A stretch of 64,000 nt of DNA from Rhodospirillales bacterium (GCA_963669335.1 OY770023.1:3298873-3362872), one strand, 5' to 3'. Positions 20,580 through 31,138 are shown, counted from the first letter of the stretch. The notes: generated by a model from the sequence alone, not told the origin. Made by a program: numbers and translations.

Positions 20580-21491
20580 ATGAAACGAGCGAACATTCAG
20601 TCCTTCCTTGCTGTGGCGCGCCTCAGAAGCTTTCGCAAATCCACTGAGTTCCTCAACACGACACAGTCCAACGTGTCAGCCCGGATTGCAGCACTGGAGC
20701 GCGATCTCGACACGCAGCTCTTCCACCGCAAGGGCGGCGCCGTGCAGCTGACCGCGGCCGGGCGTGCGCTCATTCCTTATGCAGAGGCCGTGATTCAGAG
20801 CATGGAGGCCCTGGAGACCGCGGCCGGCACGCCGCGCCTCGAGGCCGGAACCCTGCGCCTGGCGCTGTCAGAGACCCTGGTCGTCGTGCTGCTGCCGCAG
20901 TTCATGCGCGCCTTCAGCCAGCGGTTCCCCAACGCCAACATCGAGATCACGGTGGACAGCACGACCAACCAACGCCTGCAGTTGCTGGACCGTGCAGTCG
21001 ACATCGCCTTCCTGATGGGACCGGTCTCTGAGTACGAGGTGTCCAATCTACCGCTGATAAAGCTGCCGCTTACCTGGGCCGCGCATCCCGAACATCCAGT
21101 GGCCCAGCACCAGCGCATTGCGACCGCAGATTTGGGCCGCTATCCAATCATGAGTTACGCCAAGAACTCCCGTCCCTATACGGAGCTTCGAAGCGCTCTT
21201 GTTTCAGCCGGCATAGAGAGACCCAGGCTCTTTGCCTCCAACGTGCTGAGCGCCAACTTGGCGATGACTCTCGGACGCATGGGGATAGCCACCCTGCCGG
21301 AGGTCTTCGTCCGGCCCCATGTCTCTGCCGGCAAGCTGAAGGTCCTGGACTGCGACATTGCTCTCTCCGCCCTGGAGTTCACGGCCTCCTACCTGACCGA
21401 CGGCAGCCCCGGCCTGGCCGAAGAGGCCGCCAAGATTGCCCGCGCCATCGCGCTCGGCATCGACAGCGGCGAATTCGAGATCGAACTCTGA
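20580..21491 (+). CDS. LysR-family transcriptional regulator
   Basis: N-terminal LysR HTH (IQSFLAVARLRSFRKSTEFLNTTQSNVSARIAALERDL) plus a substrate-binding domain. Confidence 0.88.
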   Translation: MKRANIQSFLAVARLRSFRKSTEFLNTTQSNVSARIAALERDLDTQLFHRKGGAVQLTAAGRALIPYAEAVIQSMEALETAAGTPRLEAGTLRLALSETLVVVLLPQFMRAFSQRFPNANIEITVDSTTNQRLQLLDRAVDIAFLMGPVSEYEVSNLPLIKLPLTWAAHPEHPVAQHQRIATADLGRYPIMSYAKNSRPYTELRSALVSAGIERPRLFASNVLSANLAMTLGRMGIATLPEVFVRPHVSAGKLKVLDCDIALSALEFTASYLTDGSPGLAEEAAKIARAIALGIDSGEFEIEL

Positions 21492-21587
21492 TCGAATTTT
21501 GCGATCAAAAGAGACCAAATCATTGAGTTGGACCTGATCGGCGCGGAATGGAAACTTGCGGGCCATTCAACAACTCGGAGGTCTGAA

Positions 21588-22628
21588 ATGCGAGTCATCA
21601 CCGCCACCGCCGTCGCGGCCGCGCTCTCTACCAGTGCCGCGTTCGCCGAAGAGATCCCAGAGACGAAGCTGAACGTCGTCGGCAGCTGGGGCATGGTGTC
21701 GATGTACACCGACTTCACCAAACCCTTCTTCACCGAACAGCTTCCGGCCGCCAGCGGCGGCAAGGTCACGGCCGAGATCAAGCCCTTCAACGAGCTAGGC
21801 CTGAACGGGTCAGAGATCGTGCGCCTTGTCGAGCAGGGCACCCTGCAGTTCGCCTCGACGCCGATGGGCTACATGATCGGCGACAATGCGATGAACGGCG
21901 GCAACGACCTGCCGGGCCTCGCACCGGACATCGACACGGCGCGCGCCATTTCGGATGCCTGGAAACCCGTCATCGCAGACTTCTACGAAGATGCCTATGG
22001 CGTGAAGGTACTGGGTGTCTGGCCCTATTCGGCGCAGGTGGTCTACTGCAATGCAGAGATGAGCGGGCTGAAAGACCTGGAGGGCAAGAAGGTACGCGCA
22101 TCGGGTGCCGCGATTGGCGACTTCGTCTCGGCCTTGGGCGGCACACCCGTCTCGATGAGCTTCGGCGAGGTGGTCCAGGGCCTGCAGAAAGGCGTGATCG
22201 ACTGCGCGATCACCGGCTCTATGTCGGGCTTCAATGCCAAGTGGCACGAGGTCTCAACCCATATCTACGAACTTCCCATTGCCTGGTCGCCGGTCGTGCA
22301 CATGGTCGGGCTGGAGACCTGGAACGAGCTTGATGAGGGCGTCCGCGCACTCCTGACCGCAGAGATCGCCAAGCTGGAAGACGCCATCTGGAGCGGCGCC
22401 GGCGCCGAGACGGCAGAGGGATTTGCCTGCAACACCGGTGGGGCTGCCTGCACCCGTGAGGCGCCAGGGTCCATGACCCTGGTCCCGGTCTCCGAAGCAG
22501 ATATCGCGCTGCGCGACCAGGTTCTGCGCGACGCCGTGCTCTCCAACTGGGCCGAGGCCTGTGGCCCGGACTGCGTCGCCAAGTGGAATGAGACAGTCGG
22601 CAAGGTCACCAACGTCTCAATCGACTAG
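21588..22628 (+). CDS. TRAP transporter substrate-binding protein (DctP family)
   Basis: ATG 21588 follows GGAGG. Signal peptide MRVITATAVAAALSTSAAFA. Followed directly by DctQ- and DctM-type genes. Confidence 0.8.
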   Translation: MRVITATAVAAALSTSAAFAEEIPETKLNVVGSWGMVSMYTDFTKPFFTEQLPAASGGKVTAEIKPFNELGLNGSEIVRLVEQGTLQFASTPMGYMIGDNAMNGGNDLPGLAPDIDTARAISDAWKPVIADFYEDAYGVKVLGVWPYSAQVVYCNAEMSGLKDLEGKKVRASGAAIGDFVSALGGTPVSMSFGEVVQGLQKGVIDCAITGSMSGFNAKWHEVSTHIYELPIAWSPVVHMVGLETWNELDEGVRALLTAEIAKLEDAIWSGAGAETAEGFACNTGGAACTREAPGSMTLVPVSEADIALRDQVLRDAVLSNWAEACGPDCVAKWNETVGKVTNVSID

Positions 22629-22686
22629 CCTTTTCCTCAGTGCTGCGCTCCCAGTTGGGGGCGCAGCGTTCTGACCCAGAAGAGCC

Positions 22687-23256
22687 ATGCATCACCTGGC
22701 CGCGCGATTATCGACCCTGCTTGCTCGCATTGCCGGCTTTGCCGTGCTCGGTTCTGCCTTGATGATCACGGCAGAGGTGATCGCCCGCAAAGTTTTCAGC
22801 ATCTCGATCGTGGGTGCAGATGAGATCTCGGGCTATGTTCTGGCTATCACGGTCACCTGGGGCGCTTCGCTAGCGCTGATCCGGCGCGCGCATGTGCGGA
22901 TCGACGTGGTGCAGGCGCGTCTGCCGCGCAGCATTAAGGCGGTGCTCGACCTGCTCGCCCTGCTCTCGCTCCTGGCCGTGACCCTGCTCTTTGCCTGGTT
23001 CTCCACCAGGTTGCTAAGCACCAGCATTCGAACCGGCGCTGTCTCCAACACGCAGATGGAGGTTCCCATGTGGATCCCGCAGTCGCTCTGGGTGGCTGGC
23101 TTCTGGATCCTGGCGGCTGTCATTCTGGTGGTCATGGCCTCCGCACTGCGGGCGCTCTTCCGGCGCGACTTTGCGACGGCCCATCGCATCGCCGGTGTTA
23201 GGGGGTCGAAGGAAGAGGCGAATGAAGAGCTGGCTGAAGCCGGATCGCGGCGCTGA
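22687..23256 (+). CDS. TRAP transporter small permease (DctQ family)
   Basis: 189-aa, 4-TM protein located between DctP-type and DctM-type genes. Confidence 0.8.
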   Translation: MHHLAARLSTLLARIAGFAVLGSALMITAEVIARKVFSISIVGADEISGYVLAITVTWGASLALIRRAHVRIDVVQARLPRSIKAVLDLLALLSLLAVTLLFAWFSTRLLSTSIRTGAVSNTQMEVPMWIPQSLWVAGFWILAAVILVVMASALRALFRRDFATAHRIAGVRGSKEEANEELAEAGSRR

Positions 23257-23259
23257 ACC

Positions 23260-24546
23260 ATGCTGCTGAGCGCCCTCCTCCTTCTCCTCCTGCTAATCGC
23301 ACTCAGCCTGCCGATCGCTGCGGCCCTGGGGGTCTTAGGCGTCATCCTGGACCGCGCCTATGGCTTCTTGCCGCTCTATCAAGCAGCGGGCGAGGTCGCC
23401 TGGACCAACTCCTCCGGCTTCCTCTTGATGGCGATCCCGCTCTTCGTGCTGCTGGGCGAAATCATGCTGCGCTCGGGCATTGCGGACGCCATGTACGACG
23501 CCCTGGCCAAGTGGCTGGGTTGGCTTCCGGGCGGCGTGATGCACGCCAACATCGGCGCCTGCGCTCTCTTTGCCGCCACTTCAGGATCCTCGGTTGCCAC
23601 GGCTGCCACCATCGGGACCGTCGCGTTACCGCAGATCGCGCGCCACGGCTACGGACCGCGCCTCTTTCTGGGCACCTTGGCGGCGGGAGGCACTCTGGGC
23701 ATTCTGATCCCACCCTCGGTCAACATGATCATCTATGGGATCTTGACGAATTCATCGGTGCCGCAGCTCTATCTGGCTGGGATCATCCCGGGCCTCATCA
23801 TGGCCGGGCTCTTCATGGCTGCAATCGTCGCAATCGCCATTCTTCGGCCCGAGGTCGCGGGCAAGCGTATCCGCTACTCCTGGTCAGAGCGGATCGCCGG
23901 CACCTTGGGCGTGGTCCCGCCGATCCTGATCTTCGTGCTGGTGATCGGCTCGATCTATGGCGGGATCGCAACCCCGACCGAGGCTGCTGCCTTAGGCGTC
24001 GTGGGCGCCATGGCTATTGCCGCCAGTCGCGGACGACTGACCTGGCGCATGCTGACCGAAGCCGTCGAGGGCACAGTGGTCACGACCTCGATGATCATGC
24101 TGATCATCATCGCGGCCTACTTCCTGAACATGATCCTGGCCGGCATCGGTCTCACCACCAAGTTGAACGAGTTCGTAACCGCCCTTGGCCTCTCGCCCCT
24201 GGAGATGCTCTTGGCGGTCGTGATCTTCTACATCGTCCTCGGCTGTTTCATGGAAACCCTGTCGATGATGATTACGACGATCCCGATCATCGCACCGCTC
24301 ATGTTCTCTCTCGGCTTCGATCCGATCTGGTACGGCGTGCTGATGATGATCTTGATCGAGACAGCATTGATCACGCCACCGATCGGGCTCAATCTCTATG
24401 TGGTGCAAGGGGTTCGCGGATCTGGGCCGATGCAGGACGTGATGGTGGGCGCGCTGCCCTTCGTGGCGGCGATGGCGGTGATGATTGCCCTGCTCGCGAT
24501 CGTTCCAGAGCTCGCGACCCGGTTGCCCGAGACTGTGATCGACTGA
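23260..24546 (+). CDS. TRAP transporter large permease (DctM family)
   Basis: 428-aa polytopic protein with DctM-type motifs (AATSGSSVATAATIG, PPSVNMIIYG). Confidence 0.88.
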   Translation: MLLSALLLLLLLIALSLPIAAALGVLGVILDRAYGFLPLYQAAGEVAWTNSSGFLLMAIPLFVLLGEIMLRSGIADAMYDALAKWLGWLPGGVMHANIGACALFAATSGSSVATAATIGTVALPQIARHGYGPRLFLGTLAAGGTLGILIPPSVNMIIYGILTNSSVPQLYLAGIIPGLIMAGLFMAAIVAIAILRPEVAGKRIRYSWSERIAGTLGVVPPILIFVLVIGSIYGGIATPTEAAALGVVGAMAIAASRGRLTWRMLTEAVEGTVVTTSMIMLIIIAAYFLNMILAGIGLTTKLNEFVTALGLSPLEMLLAVVIFYIVLGCFMETLSMMITTIPIIAPLMFSLGFDPIWYGVLMMILIETALITPPIGLNLYVVQGVRGSGPMQDVMVGALPFVAAMAVMIALLAIVPELATRLPETVID

Positions 24547-24559
24547 TGTGGGAGAAGAC

Positions 24560-25435
24560 ATGCAGAAAGTTGCCTTGATCGGCCTGGGTGTGATGGGCCG
24601 CCCTATGGCTCAGAACCTGATCGCCAAAGGATATGACCTTCGGGCGATGGATATCAGTGCAGAGGCAAGGGCCGCGATACCCGGCGCTGAGGCCCCCACC
24701 GCAGACGCGATGAAGGGGGTCGAGGCCATCATCACCATGCTGCCCGAGGGCCGCCACGTCGAGACAGCCTATGACGAGGCGATCCTGCCCGGCGCCGAGG
24801 CGAAAACCCTGCTCATCGACTGCTCTACGATCGATGTCGCGACGACGAAAGCCCTCTCGCAGAAAGCGGCTGACCGCGGGCTCGACATGCTGGACGCACC
24901 GGTCTCCGGCGGTCCCGAGGCGGCCGGAAAAGGTGCGCTCTCTTTCATGGTTGGCGGCAGTGCCGAGGGGTTTGCGCGCGCAACCCCCCTGCTTTCCGAC
25001 ATGGGTGCCAAGCGCAGCCACTTCGGGCCGTCGGGCAGCGGTCAAGCCGCCAAGGCCTGTCACAACATGATCTGCGGAATAACCGCGATGGCGGTGGTCG
25101 AGGGCTTCGCGCTGGCCGGCAGCCTGGGCCTGGACCTCAAGCAGTTCTATGAGCTTTGCTCCGGTGCCGCGGCGCAAAGCTGGACCCTGGAGAACCGCTG
25201 TCCAATTCCTGGCGTGGCACCCAATATCCCTGCCTCCAACGGCTACGCCCCTGGCTTTGCAGCGGCACTGATGGCGAAGGATCTACGTCTTGCCCAGGCC
25301 GCTGCCGACGCCAGCGGCCAGTCCACACCCTTCGGCGCCGAGGCGGCCAAGCGCTTTACTGCCTTCGCCGAGGCTGGCGGAGGCCAACTCGACTTCTCGG
25401 CCATCTACACCGAGCTGCAAGGCACGACGCCCTAA
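24560..25435 (+). CDS. NAD(P)-dependent beta-hydroxyacid dehydrogenase (3-hydroxyisobutyrate dehydrogenase family)
   Basis: MQKVALIGLGVMGRPMAQNL Rossmann start, DAPVSGG, and a catalytic-Lys region GSGQAAKACHNM. Confidence 0.82.
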   Translation: MQKVALIGLGVMGRPMAQNLIAKGYDLRAMDISAEARAAIPGAEAPTADAMKGVEAIITMLPEGRHVETAYDEAILPGAEAKTLLIDCSTIDVATTKALSQKAADRGLDMLDAPVSGGPEAAGKGALSFMVGGSAEGFARATPLLSDMGAKRSHFGPSGSGQAAKACHNMICGITAMAVVEGFALAGSLGLDLKQFYELCSGAAAQSWTLENRCPIPGVAPNIPASNGYAPGFAAALMAKDLRLAQAAADASGQSTPFGAEAAKRFTAFAEAGGGQLDFSAIYTELQGTTP

Positions 25436-25513
25436 AGCCCCACCTTCATCCCCGGCCTCACGGTGAGACAGAGCCCTCGGCGCCATGCTATGCCAGGCAC
25501 CGGAGGCTAGACG

Positions 25514-26116
25514 ATGACACCCAAGATCGATCTCTGGTTCAGCTGCGGCAGCACCTATACCTATCTGACGATGATGCGCCTCGATGCAGTCGAGGCCGCA
25601 GAGGGCGTTCACTTCAATCTGCGTCCCTTCCAGCTGCGCGTCCTCTTCAAAGAGATGGGGCGGGCACCCTTTCTGCAGGAACCGCAGAAGTCGGCATACA
25701 TGTGGCGTGACATCGAACGCCGCGCTGCGGCGCAGGGTCTTTCTCCAACCCTGCCGGCCCCCTATCCGGCGCCGGAAGTCGCGCTGGCCAACGAGGTGGC
25801 CTATCTGGGCCTCCGGCAAGGTTGGGGACGACCCTATCTGCAAGCCTCCTACCGCACATGGTTCGAGCAGGGGGCCATGCCGGGTGAGCCCGAGAACCTC
25901 GGACCCAGCCTGGCTGCAGTGGGCCAGGATGAAGCCACCGTCCTCGCGGAACTAGCCAAGGGCGAGATCAGCAACGCGATGGAGCGGGACATTGACGAGG
26001 CGCGCGATCTCGGCCTCTTCGGCTCGCCCTTCTCTGTCGTCGGACGGGAGCTCTTCTGGGGGGACGATCGCCTGGAAGAGGCTGCGCGCTGGGCCCACGC
26101 CAAATCCCCTCGGTGA
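25514..26116 (+). CDS. 2-hydroxychromene-2-carboxylate isomerase / DsbA-like thioredoxin-fold protein
   Basis: 200-aa ORF. N-terminal IDLWFSCGSTYTYL has a Ser-type active-site position instead of CxxC. C-terminal FGSPFSVVGRELFWGDDRLEEA is typical of the HCCA-isomerase family. Confidence 0.7.
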   Translation: MTPKIDLWFSCGSTYTYLTMMRLDAVEAAEGVHFNLRPFQLRVLFKEMGRAPFLQEPQKSAYMWRDIERRAAAQGLSPTLPAPYPAPEVALANEVAYLGLRQGWGRPYLQASYRTWFEQGAMPGEPENLGPSLAAVGQDEATVLAELAKGEISNAMERDIDEARDLGLFGSPFSVVGRELFWGDDRLEEAARWAHAKSPR

Positions 26117-26134
26117 CATCGGACCAAGCCTGGC

Positions 26135-27010
26135 TTATGCGGCCTTCTCACCCTCCTCTCGCGCGAGGTTCATGAAGGCGCGTATCAGCTTGCCGTTGCG
26201 TCGTTCCCGCAGGCAGACCAGAGCTTCCTGCATGGTGATCTCGGCATCGAGAATGGGAATGCGCAGCAGACGGGTATCGTGACCGAACTCAGCCTCGGAG
26301 ACGATACCGATGCCCGCCCCAGAGGCCACAATCTCCCGTACCGCCTCTCGGCCTTCAGCCTCGATCGCGGGCCTGATCTTGACCCCCTGCTCGGCCGCCG
26401 CGGCCTCAAAGATCCGCCGCGTCTTTGAGCCCTCCTCGCGCATCACCAGCGGATGCTCCGAGAGGGACTTCAAGGTCAAAGAGCCTCTCTTGCCCAGCGG
26501 ATAGTCCAAGGCGGCAAAGGCAATGATCGGTGCAGTGCTCAGCTGCAAGATCTCAATATCTTTACGGGTCGGCAGCTCTCCCAACACCCCGATGTCTGCC
26601 TCATAGGCGGCAAGCATCTCCAGCACCTCGCTGGTGTTCCGTGTGTGCAGAGATACGGTCACTCGCGGATGGCTCTTGCGGAAGCTGCCCAAGAGGTGCA
26701 GCAGATGGTGCGGCGCATCGGCGACGATACGCAACCTGCCCGCACTCAAGGTTTGTGTCTGCTGCAGCAACTCCAGCGCTTGCTGCTCATTTTCGAAGAG
26801 GCGCCGGGTCACCTCCAACAGGCGCTTGCCGGGCTCGGTCAAGGTGATCTGCTTCTTCGCCCGATTGAAGAGGAGGATGTCATAGGCCTCCTCCAGAAAG
26901 CGGACCTGGTCGGAAATTGCAGGCTGGCTCAGGTTCAAGGCTTTGGCGGCTTTGGAGAAGCCGCCATGGATCGCAACGTGATGAAAGGCTCTCAGTTGGA
27001 CGTATCGCAT
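26135..27010 (-). CDS. LysR-family transcriptional regulator (co-directional with and downstream of phnWAY)
   Basis: MRYVQLRAFHHVAIHGGFSKAAKALNLSQPAISDQVRFLEEAY is a LysR HTH. The start lies 16 nt after the phnY stop. Confidence 0.88.
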   Translation of the reverse strand: MRYVQLRAFHHVAIHGGFSKAAKALNLSQPAISDQVRFLEEAYDILLFNRAKKQITLTEPGKRLLEVTRRLFENEQQALELLQQTQTLSAGRLRIVADAPHHLLHLLGSFRKSHPRVTVSLHTRNTSEVLEMLAAYEADIGVLGELPTRKDIEILQLSTAPIIAFAALDYPLGKRGSLTLKSLSEHPLVMREEGSKTRRIFEAAAAEQGVKIRPAIEAEGREAVREIVASGAGIGIVSEAEFGHDTRLLRIPILDAEITMQEALVCLRERRNGKLIRAFMNLAREEGEKAA

Positions 27011-27026
27011 GAACCTGAATGCCGGC

Positions 27027-28484
27027 CTAGGCCGGCCAGGGCAGGGAGTAGGTCTTGACGTTGGTGAAGAACTTCATGGCCTCCAAGACCCCCTCCTTGA
27101 CGCCGTTTCCGGAATCCTTGATGCCGCCGAAGGGTGACATCTCGATGCGATAGCCCGGCTGCTCCCAAATGTTGACCGTGCCGACGTCGAGCCCGTCGAT
27201 GAAACGGGTGATGCGCGGCAGAGAATTGGTGCAGACGCCGGCCGAGAGACCGAAGGGCGTAGAGTTCGACACTGCCATCAGTTCTTCGTCGTCGTTCGAG
27301 ACGCGCACAATCGGGACGAGCGGGCCAAAGGTCTCTTCGAAGACCAGCTCACTGTCGTGCGGCACGTGATCGACCACGATCGGCGGCAGCAAGGCACCCT
27401 GGCGGCCGGGGTGATAGAGGATCTCTGCTCCGCGGCTCTCGGCATCGTGGACCCGGCGCTCAAAGGTGGCTGCTGCCTCCTCGTGGATCACACAGCCCAA
27501 CTGCGTCTCGGGGTCCTGCGGGTCGCCAAAGCGAATGCGCTTAGCCCGCTCCAGGATCTTCGGCACGATCTTGTCGGCCACGTCGTGCTGAACCAGGATG
27601 CGCTTGATCGCCGTGCAGCGTTGCCCCGAGTTACCGGTAGCACCGGCAATGGCAATGTCGGCGGCCTTCTCCAGATCGGCGTCGCTCAGATCGTTCAAGA
27701 TGATCAGCGGGTCGTTGCCGCCCAGTTCCAGGGCACAACGCTTGTAGCCTGCCGTCTCGGCGATCATCTTGCCGACCGGAACGCCGCCGGTGAAGGTGAT
27801 GATGTCGATCTTGTCGTTGACGATCATCTCTGGGCCGATCTCTGCTGGCATGCCGGTCACCACCTGGAACATCTCAGGCGGCAGGCCGGCATCATAGAGG
27901 ATGTCGGCCAGTGCAATGGCGGTCAGCGGCGTCAGCTCCGTCGGCTTGCAGACCATGGTGTTGTTGGTCGCAATCGAGGGCGCGATCTTGTGCGCCACCA
28001 TGTTGAGCGGATGGTTAAAGGGCGTGATCGCCGAGATGGCCTGCACCGGCTCCCGCTTCGTATAGATCTTGCGCGCCTTGCCGTTGGGGGTCAGGTCGCA
28101 AGAGAAGATCTGGCCGTCGTCCAGGAGCGCCAGTTGGCCCGCGAAGGTGAAGACGTCGAAGGAGCGGCTGGTCTCGTAGAGCGCATGCTGCCAGCAGATC
28201 CCCAGCTCGAACATGATAATGCGGGCGATCTCTTCCCGACGTTCGGCGATGAGCTGGGCCGTCTTCAAGAGGATGCGGGAGCGGTCATGCCGGGTCAGCT
28301 TGGGCTTGTAGGCAGCGGCGATCTCAAAGGCCATGGCCGCCTGCTCGGCCGTTCCGGCCGGCACCGTGCCGATCACCTCATTGGTATAGGGATAGCGAAC
28401 CTCGACGACATCCTTGGTCGAAACCTTTCGACCGCCGATCCGCATGCTCTCTTGATAGAGCGGTTTCTCCATAGTCTGCAGCAT
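27027..28484 (-). CDS. phnY: Phosphonoacetaldehyde dehydrogenase (aldehyde dehydrogenase superfamily)
   Basis: ALDH motifs ELGGNDP and GNSGQRCTA (catalytic Cys). Located directly downstream of phnW and phnA, as in the phnWAY pathway. Confidence 0.8.
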   Translation of the reverse strand: MLQTMEKPLYQESMRIGGRKVSTKDVVEVRYPYTNEVIGTVPAGTAEQAAMAFEIAAAYKPKLTRHDRSRILLKTAQLIAERREEIARIIMFELGICWQHALYETSRSFDVFTFAGQLALLDDGQIFSCDLTPNGKARKIYTKREPVQAISAITPFNHPLNMVAHKIAPSIATNNTMVCKPTELTPLTAIALADILYDAGLPPEMFQVVTGMPAEIGPEMIVNDKIDIITFTGGVPVGKMIAETAGYKRCALELGGNDPLIILNDLSDADLEKAADIAIAGATGNSGQRCTAIKRILVQHDVADKIVPKILERAKRIRFGDPQDPETQLGCVIHEEAAATFERRVHDAESRGAEILYHPGRQGALLPPIVVDHVPHDSELVFEETFGPLVPIVRVSNDDEELMAVSNSTPFGLSAGVCTNSLPRITRFIDGLDVGTVNIWEQPGYRIEMSPFGGIKDSGNGVKEGVLEAMKFFTNVKTYSLPWPA

Positions 28485-28493
28485 TGTCCTGTC

Positions 28494-29738
28494 CTACTGA
28501 GCGGCCGCCACGGAGGCGTAGAAGAAGGCATCGAAGTTGCGCAGCGTCGGTGCGCTCTCCACCCCGTCGATGCGGCGATTGACGATGAAGGGCACCTCTT
28601 GCTCGCTGATACCGCCATGCGAGCGCAAGGGCTCTTTCAGCGCAGCCAGATCGTGACGATCAGCAGAGGTGCCAATGGTCATGCCGGCGGAGGAGATGAT
28701 CACCAGATCGCCGATGCGATCCTCCGGCAGACCAAAGCGCGCACAAGCCTCTTGGCGCCCCAGAACCAGGTCGATGCCATCGATCGCCTGCAAGTCTGCG
28801 ATCAGCTTGGCTTCGTCTGCCCCGTCCGGAAGATAGGCCGTGGCGAAGGAACCCAAGGCGCCGTGATGCACGACATAGGGGTCGGTGATCGGCAGAATGA
28901 CACGCGCAGCAGCCTTGCCCAGCCAGCGGTCGAAATAGTCCTGCACATAGACCACGGCCGGCGAGCCGTCGGCATGATGTTTCGCCTTGATGCCATGATC
29001 GGCGGTGATGACGATGGCAGCACCCGCCGCATCCAGCTCTCCCAGATAGCGGTCGAACATGGCGTAGAAGGCATCGGCCTCCGGATCGCCGGGCTTGAAC
29101 TTGTGCTGAATGTAGTCGGTCGTCGTCAGATACATGAGGTCCGGCTGGAATTCCCGCAGCAGCTTGACACCGGCCGCAAAGACGAACTCGGAAAGCGCGG
29201 CCGAGTAGACGTTGGGGACCTCCCGCCCCAACCACTCGGAGGCCTTGTCGATGCCGTGCTCCGCCAGGGTCGTGGTGTCCGAGCGCTCTGAGGAGAAACA
29301 GATGGCGCGACCTTCGTCATAGCGTAGCCCATGCCCCAACAGGCGGCGCAGCTTGTCCTTGGCGGTGACAATGGCGATCCGCATACCGATGTCATAGAAG
29401 CTCTTGAAGATGGTCGGCGCGCGCAGGAAGCGCGGATCGTTCATCATCACCTCTTCGCCGGTCTTTGGGTCATAGAGGTAGTTGCCGCAGATACCGTGCA
29501 CGGACGGCAGCCGCCCCGTCGCGATCGACATGTTGTTGGGGTTGGTAAAGCTGGGGATGACACAGTGTGCAATCCTTGCCGTCCCGGTCTCGTTGATCCG
29601 CTTCAAGGTCGGCATCAGGCCCTTGGCGATGGCGACATCCAGATACTCCGGCTCGCAGCCATCCAGACAGATTGCAATCGCCGGAACCTTGGGCCTTTCG
29701 TAGCTGCGTTCATTGACGACGATGGGGTTTGCGGACAT
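28494..29738 (-). CDS. phnA: Phosphonoacetate hydrolase (alkaline-phosphatase superfamily)
   Basis: N-terminal region (VNERSYERPKVPAIAICLDGCEPEYL...VIPSFTNPNNMSIATGRLPSVHGICGNYLYD) matches the phosphonoacetate hydrolase family signature as I recall it. Confidence 0.85.
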   Translation of the reverse strand: MSANPIVVNERSYERPKVPAIAICLDGCEPEYLDVAIAKGLMPTLKRINETGTARIAHCVIPSFTNPNNMSIATGRLPSVHGICGNYLYDPKTGEEVMMNDPRFLRAPTIFKSFYDIGMRIAIVTAKDKLRRLLGHGLRYDEGRAICFSSERSDTTTLAEHGIDKASEWLGREVPNVYSAALSEFVFAAGVKLLREFQPDLMYLTTTDYIQHKFKPGDPEADAFYAMFDRYLGELDAAGAAIVITADHGIKAKHHADGSPAVVYVQDYFDRWLGKAAARVILPITDPYVVHHGALGSFATAYLPDGADEAKLIADLQAIDGIDLVLGRQEACARFGLPEDRIGDLVIISSAGMTIGTSADRHDLAALKEPLRSHGGISEQEVPFIVNRRIDGVESAPTLRNFDAFFYASVAAAQ

Positions 29739-29782
29739 GGGGTGAGGTCTCCGGTAAATCCTGATCTGGGTGACAAGCTGCT

Positions 29783-30991
29783 TCAGGCAGCGAGTTTGGA
29801 ACGTTCCGCCAGTGCCGCGGCCGGTGGGGCGGCATCGGCAACGCCGAGCTCTTGGAGTGACTGATGGGCGGCCTCGACGACAGCCCGCATGACCTGCTCA
29901 TCCAGTTGGCCGATACAGCCGACACGGAAGCTGTCGACCACGGTCAACTTACCTGGATAGATGATGAAGCCCTTGGCCTTCATCAACGCGTAGAACTGGG
30001 CAAAGTCGAAGCGCGGGTCGTCCGGCGTGAAAAAGGTAACGATGATGGGCGAGAGCCAGCGATCCTGCAGCAGGGTCTCGAAGCCCAAGCCGCGCATTCC
30101 GGCAACCAAGACATCCCGGTTGCGCTGATAGCGCGCCAATCGAGCCTCCACCCCACCCTCCTGCTCATGGGCGTCGAGCGCCTCCATGAAGGCGGCAATG
30201 ACATGGGTCGGCGGCGTGAAGCGCCACTGGCCGGTCTTGTTCATATGCGCCCACTGCGCATGGACATCGAGGCTGAGAGAGTGGCTGTTTCCGCTGGCGG
30301 CCGCCAGAACCGCCTTGCTGGCCAAGACGAAGCCGAAGCCTGGCACGCCCTCAATGCACTTGTTGGCCGAGGAGACCAAAGCCTCGAAGCGAAGCCGCTT
30401 GAGATCGAGCGGCAGGGCGCCGAAGGCACTCATGGAATCGATCAGCAGTCGCCGGCCACTGGCGGCAACGGCGTCGGAGATCTCCTCCAGGGGATTGAGG
30501 ATGCCGGAACTGGTTTCGCAGTGCACCACGATCACATGCGAGATCGCGGGGTCGGCCTCAATCGCAGCCGTCACCTCCTCGGCGCGCGGCGGCAGGTAAT
30601 CCCCCTTATCGATCACGACATGCCTGCGCTCCAGGTACTCCAGGGTCTCGACAATGCGCTTCCCGTAGGCGCCGTTCACCAGCACCAGCGTCTTGGCGGT
30701 CGGCGGCAAGAGAGAGCCCAGCATGGCTTCAACCAGGAAGGTGCCGCTTCCCTGGATCGGCACGCAGTCGAAGTGCCCCGCATCATCGCCGATCATTGCC
30801 ACCAGGCGGCGGCGCATATCGGCGGTGAGCGCCCGAAAGTCGCCGTCCCAAGAGCCCCAGTCGCGCAACATGGCTTGCTTGACCTGCAGCGCCGTGGTCA
30901 GCGGACCGGGCGTCAGAAGATAGGGTTCGCCACCGGCCGGCGCTGCAATCCCGCCGCCGCTGGTGCCGTCCAGATTTGAGATGTTGCTCAT
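29783..30991 (-). CDS. phnW: 2-aminoethylphosphonate--pyruvate transaminase
   Basis: [34 protein letters not shown] and the PLP-Lys region [12 protein letters not shown] 30991 is preceded by GGTGGGAAGG. The track start at 31018 is a TTG. Confidence 0.88.
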   Translation of the reverse strand: MSNISNLDGTSGGGIAAPAGGEPYLLTPGPLTTALQVKQAMLRDWGSWDGDFRALTADMRRRLVAMIGDDAGHFDCVPIQGSGTFLVEAMLGSLLPPTAKTLVLVNGAYGKRIVETLEYLERRHVVIDKGDYLPPRAEEVTAAIEADPAISHVIVVHCETSSGILNPLEEISDAVAASGRRLLIDSMSAFGALPLDLKRLRFEALVSSANKCIEGVPGFGFVLASKAVLAAASGNSHSLSLDVHAQWAHMNKTGQWRFTPPTHVIAAFMEALDAHEQEGGVEARLARYQRNRDVLVAGMRGLGFETLLQDRWLSPIIVTFFTPDDPRFDFAQFYALMKAKGFIIYPGKLTVVDSFRVGCIGQLDEQVMRAVVEAAHQSLQELGVADAAPPAAALAERSKLAA

Positions 30992-31070
30992 GCCTTCCCA
31001 CCGCTGTTCTGCCAGCAAGGTCAGACAGGAAAGTAGGATCGCCGATGCATAATGTAAAATCTATTGTTCT

Positions 31071-31103
31071 GATCCACCTATCGGATGAACTTATAGATGG
31101 ATC
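31071..31103. promoter_or_regulatory. 33-bp dyad containing a T-N11-A core, candidate LysR-type binding site upstream of phnW
   Basis: GATCCACCTAT-N11-ATAGATGGATC has 11-nt arms with 10/11 complementary. It sits in a locally AT-rich spacer 80 nt upstream of the phnW ATG. Confidence 0.55.
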
Positions 31104-31138
31104 GGACACGGAAGAAGAGGATCCTGGCGCTGACGTCG

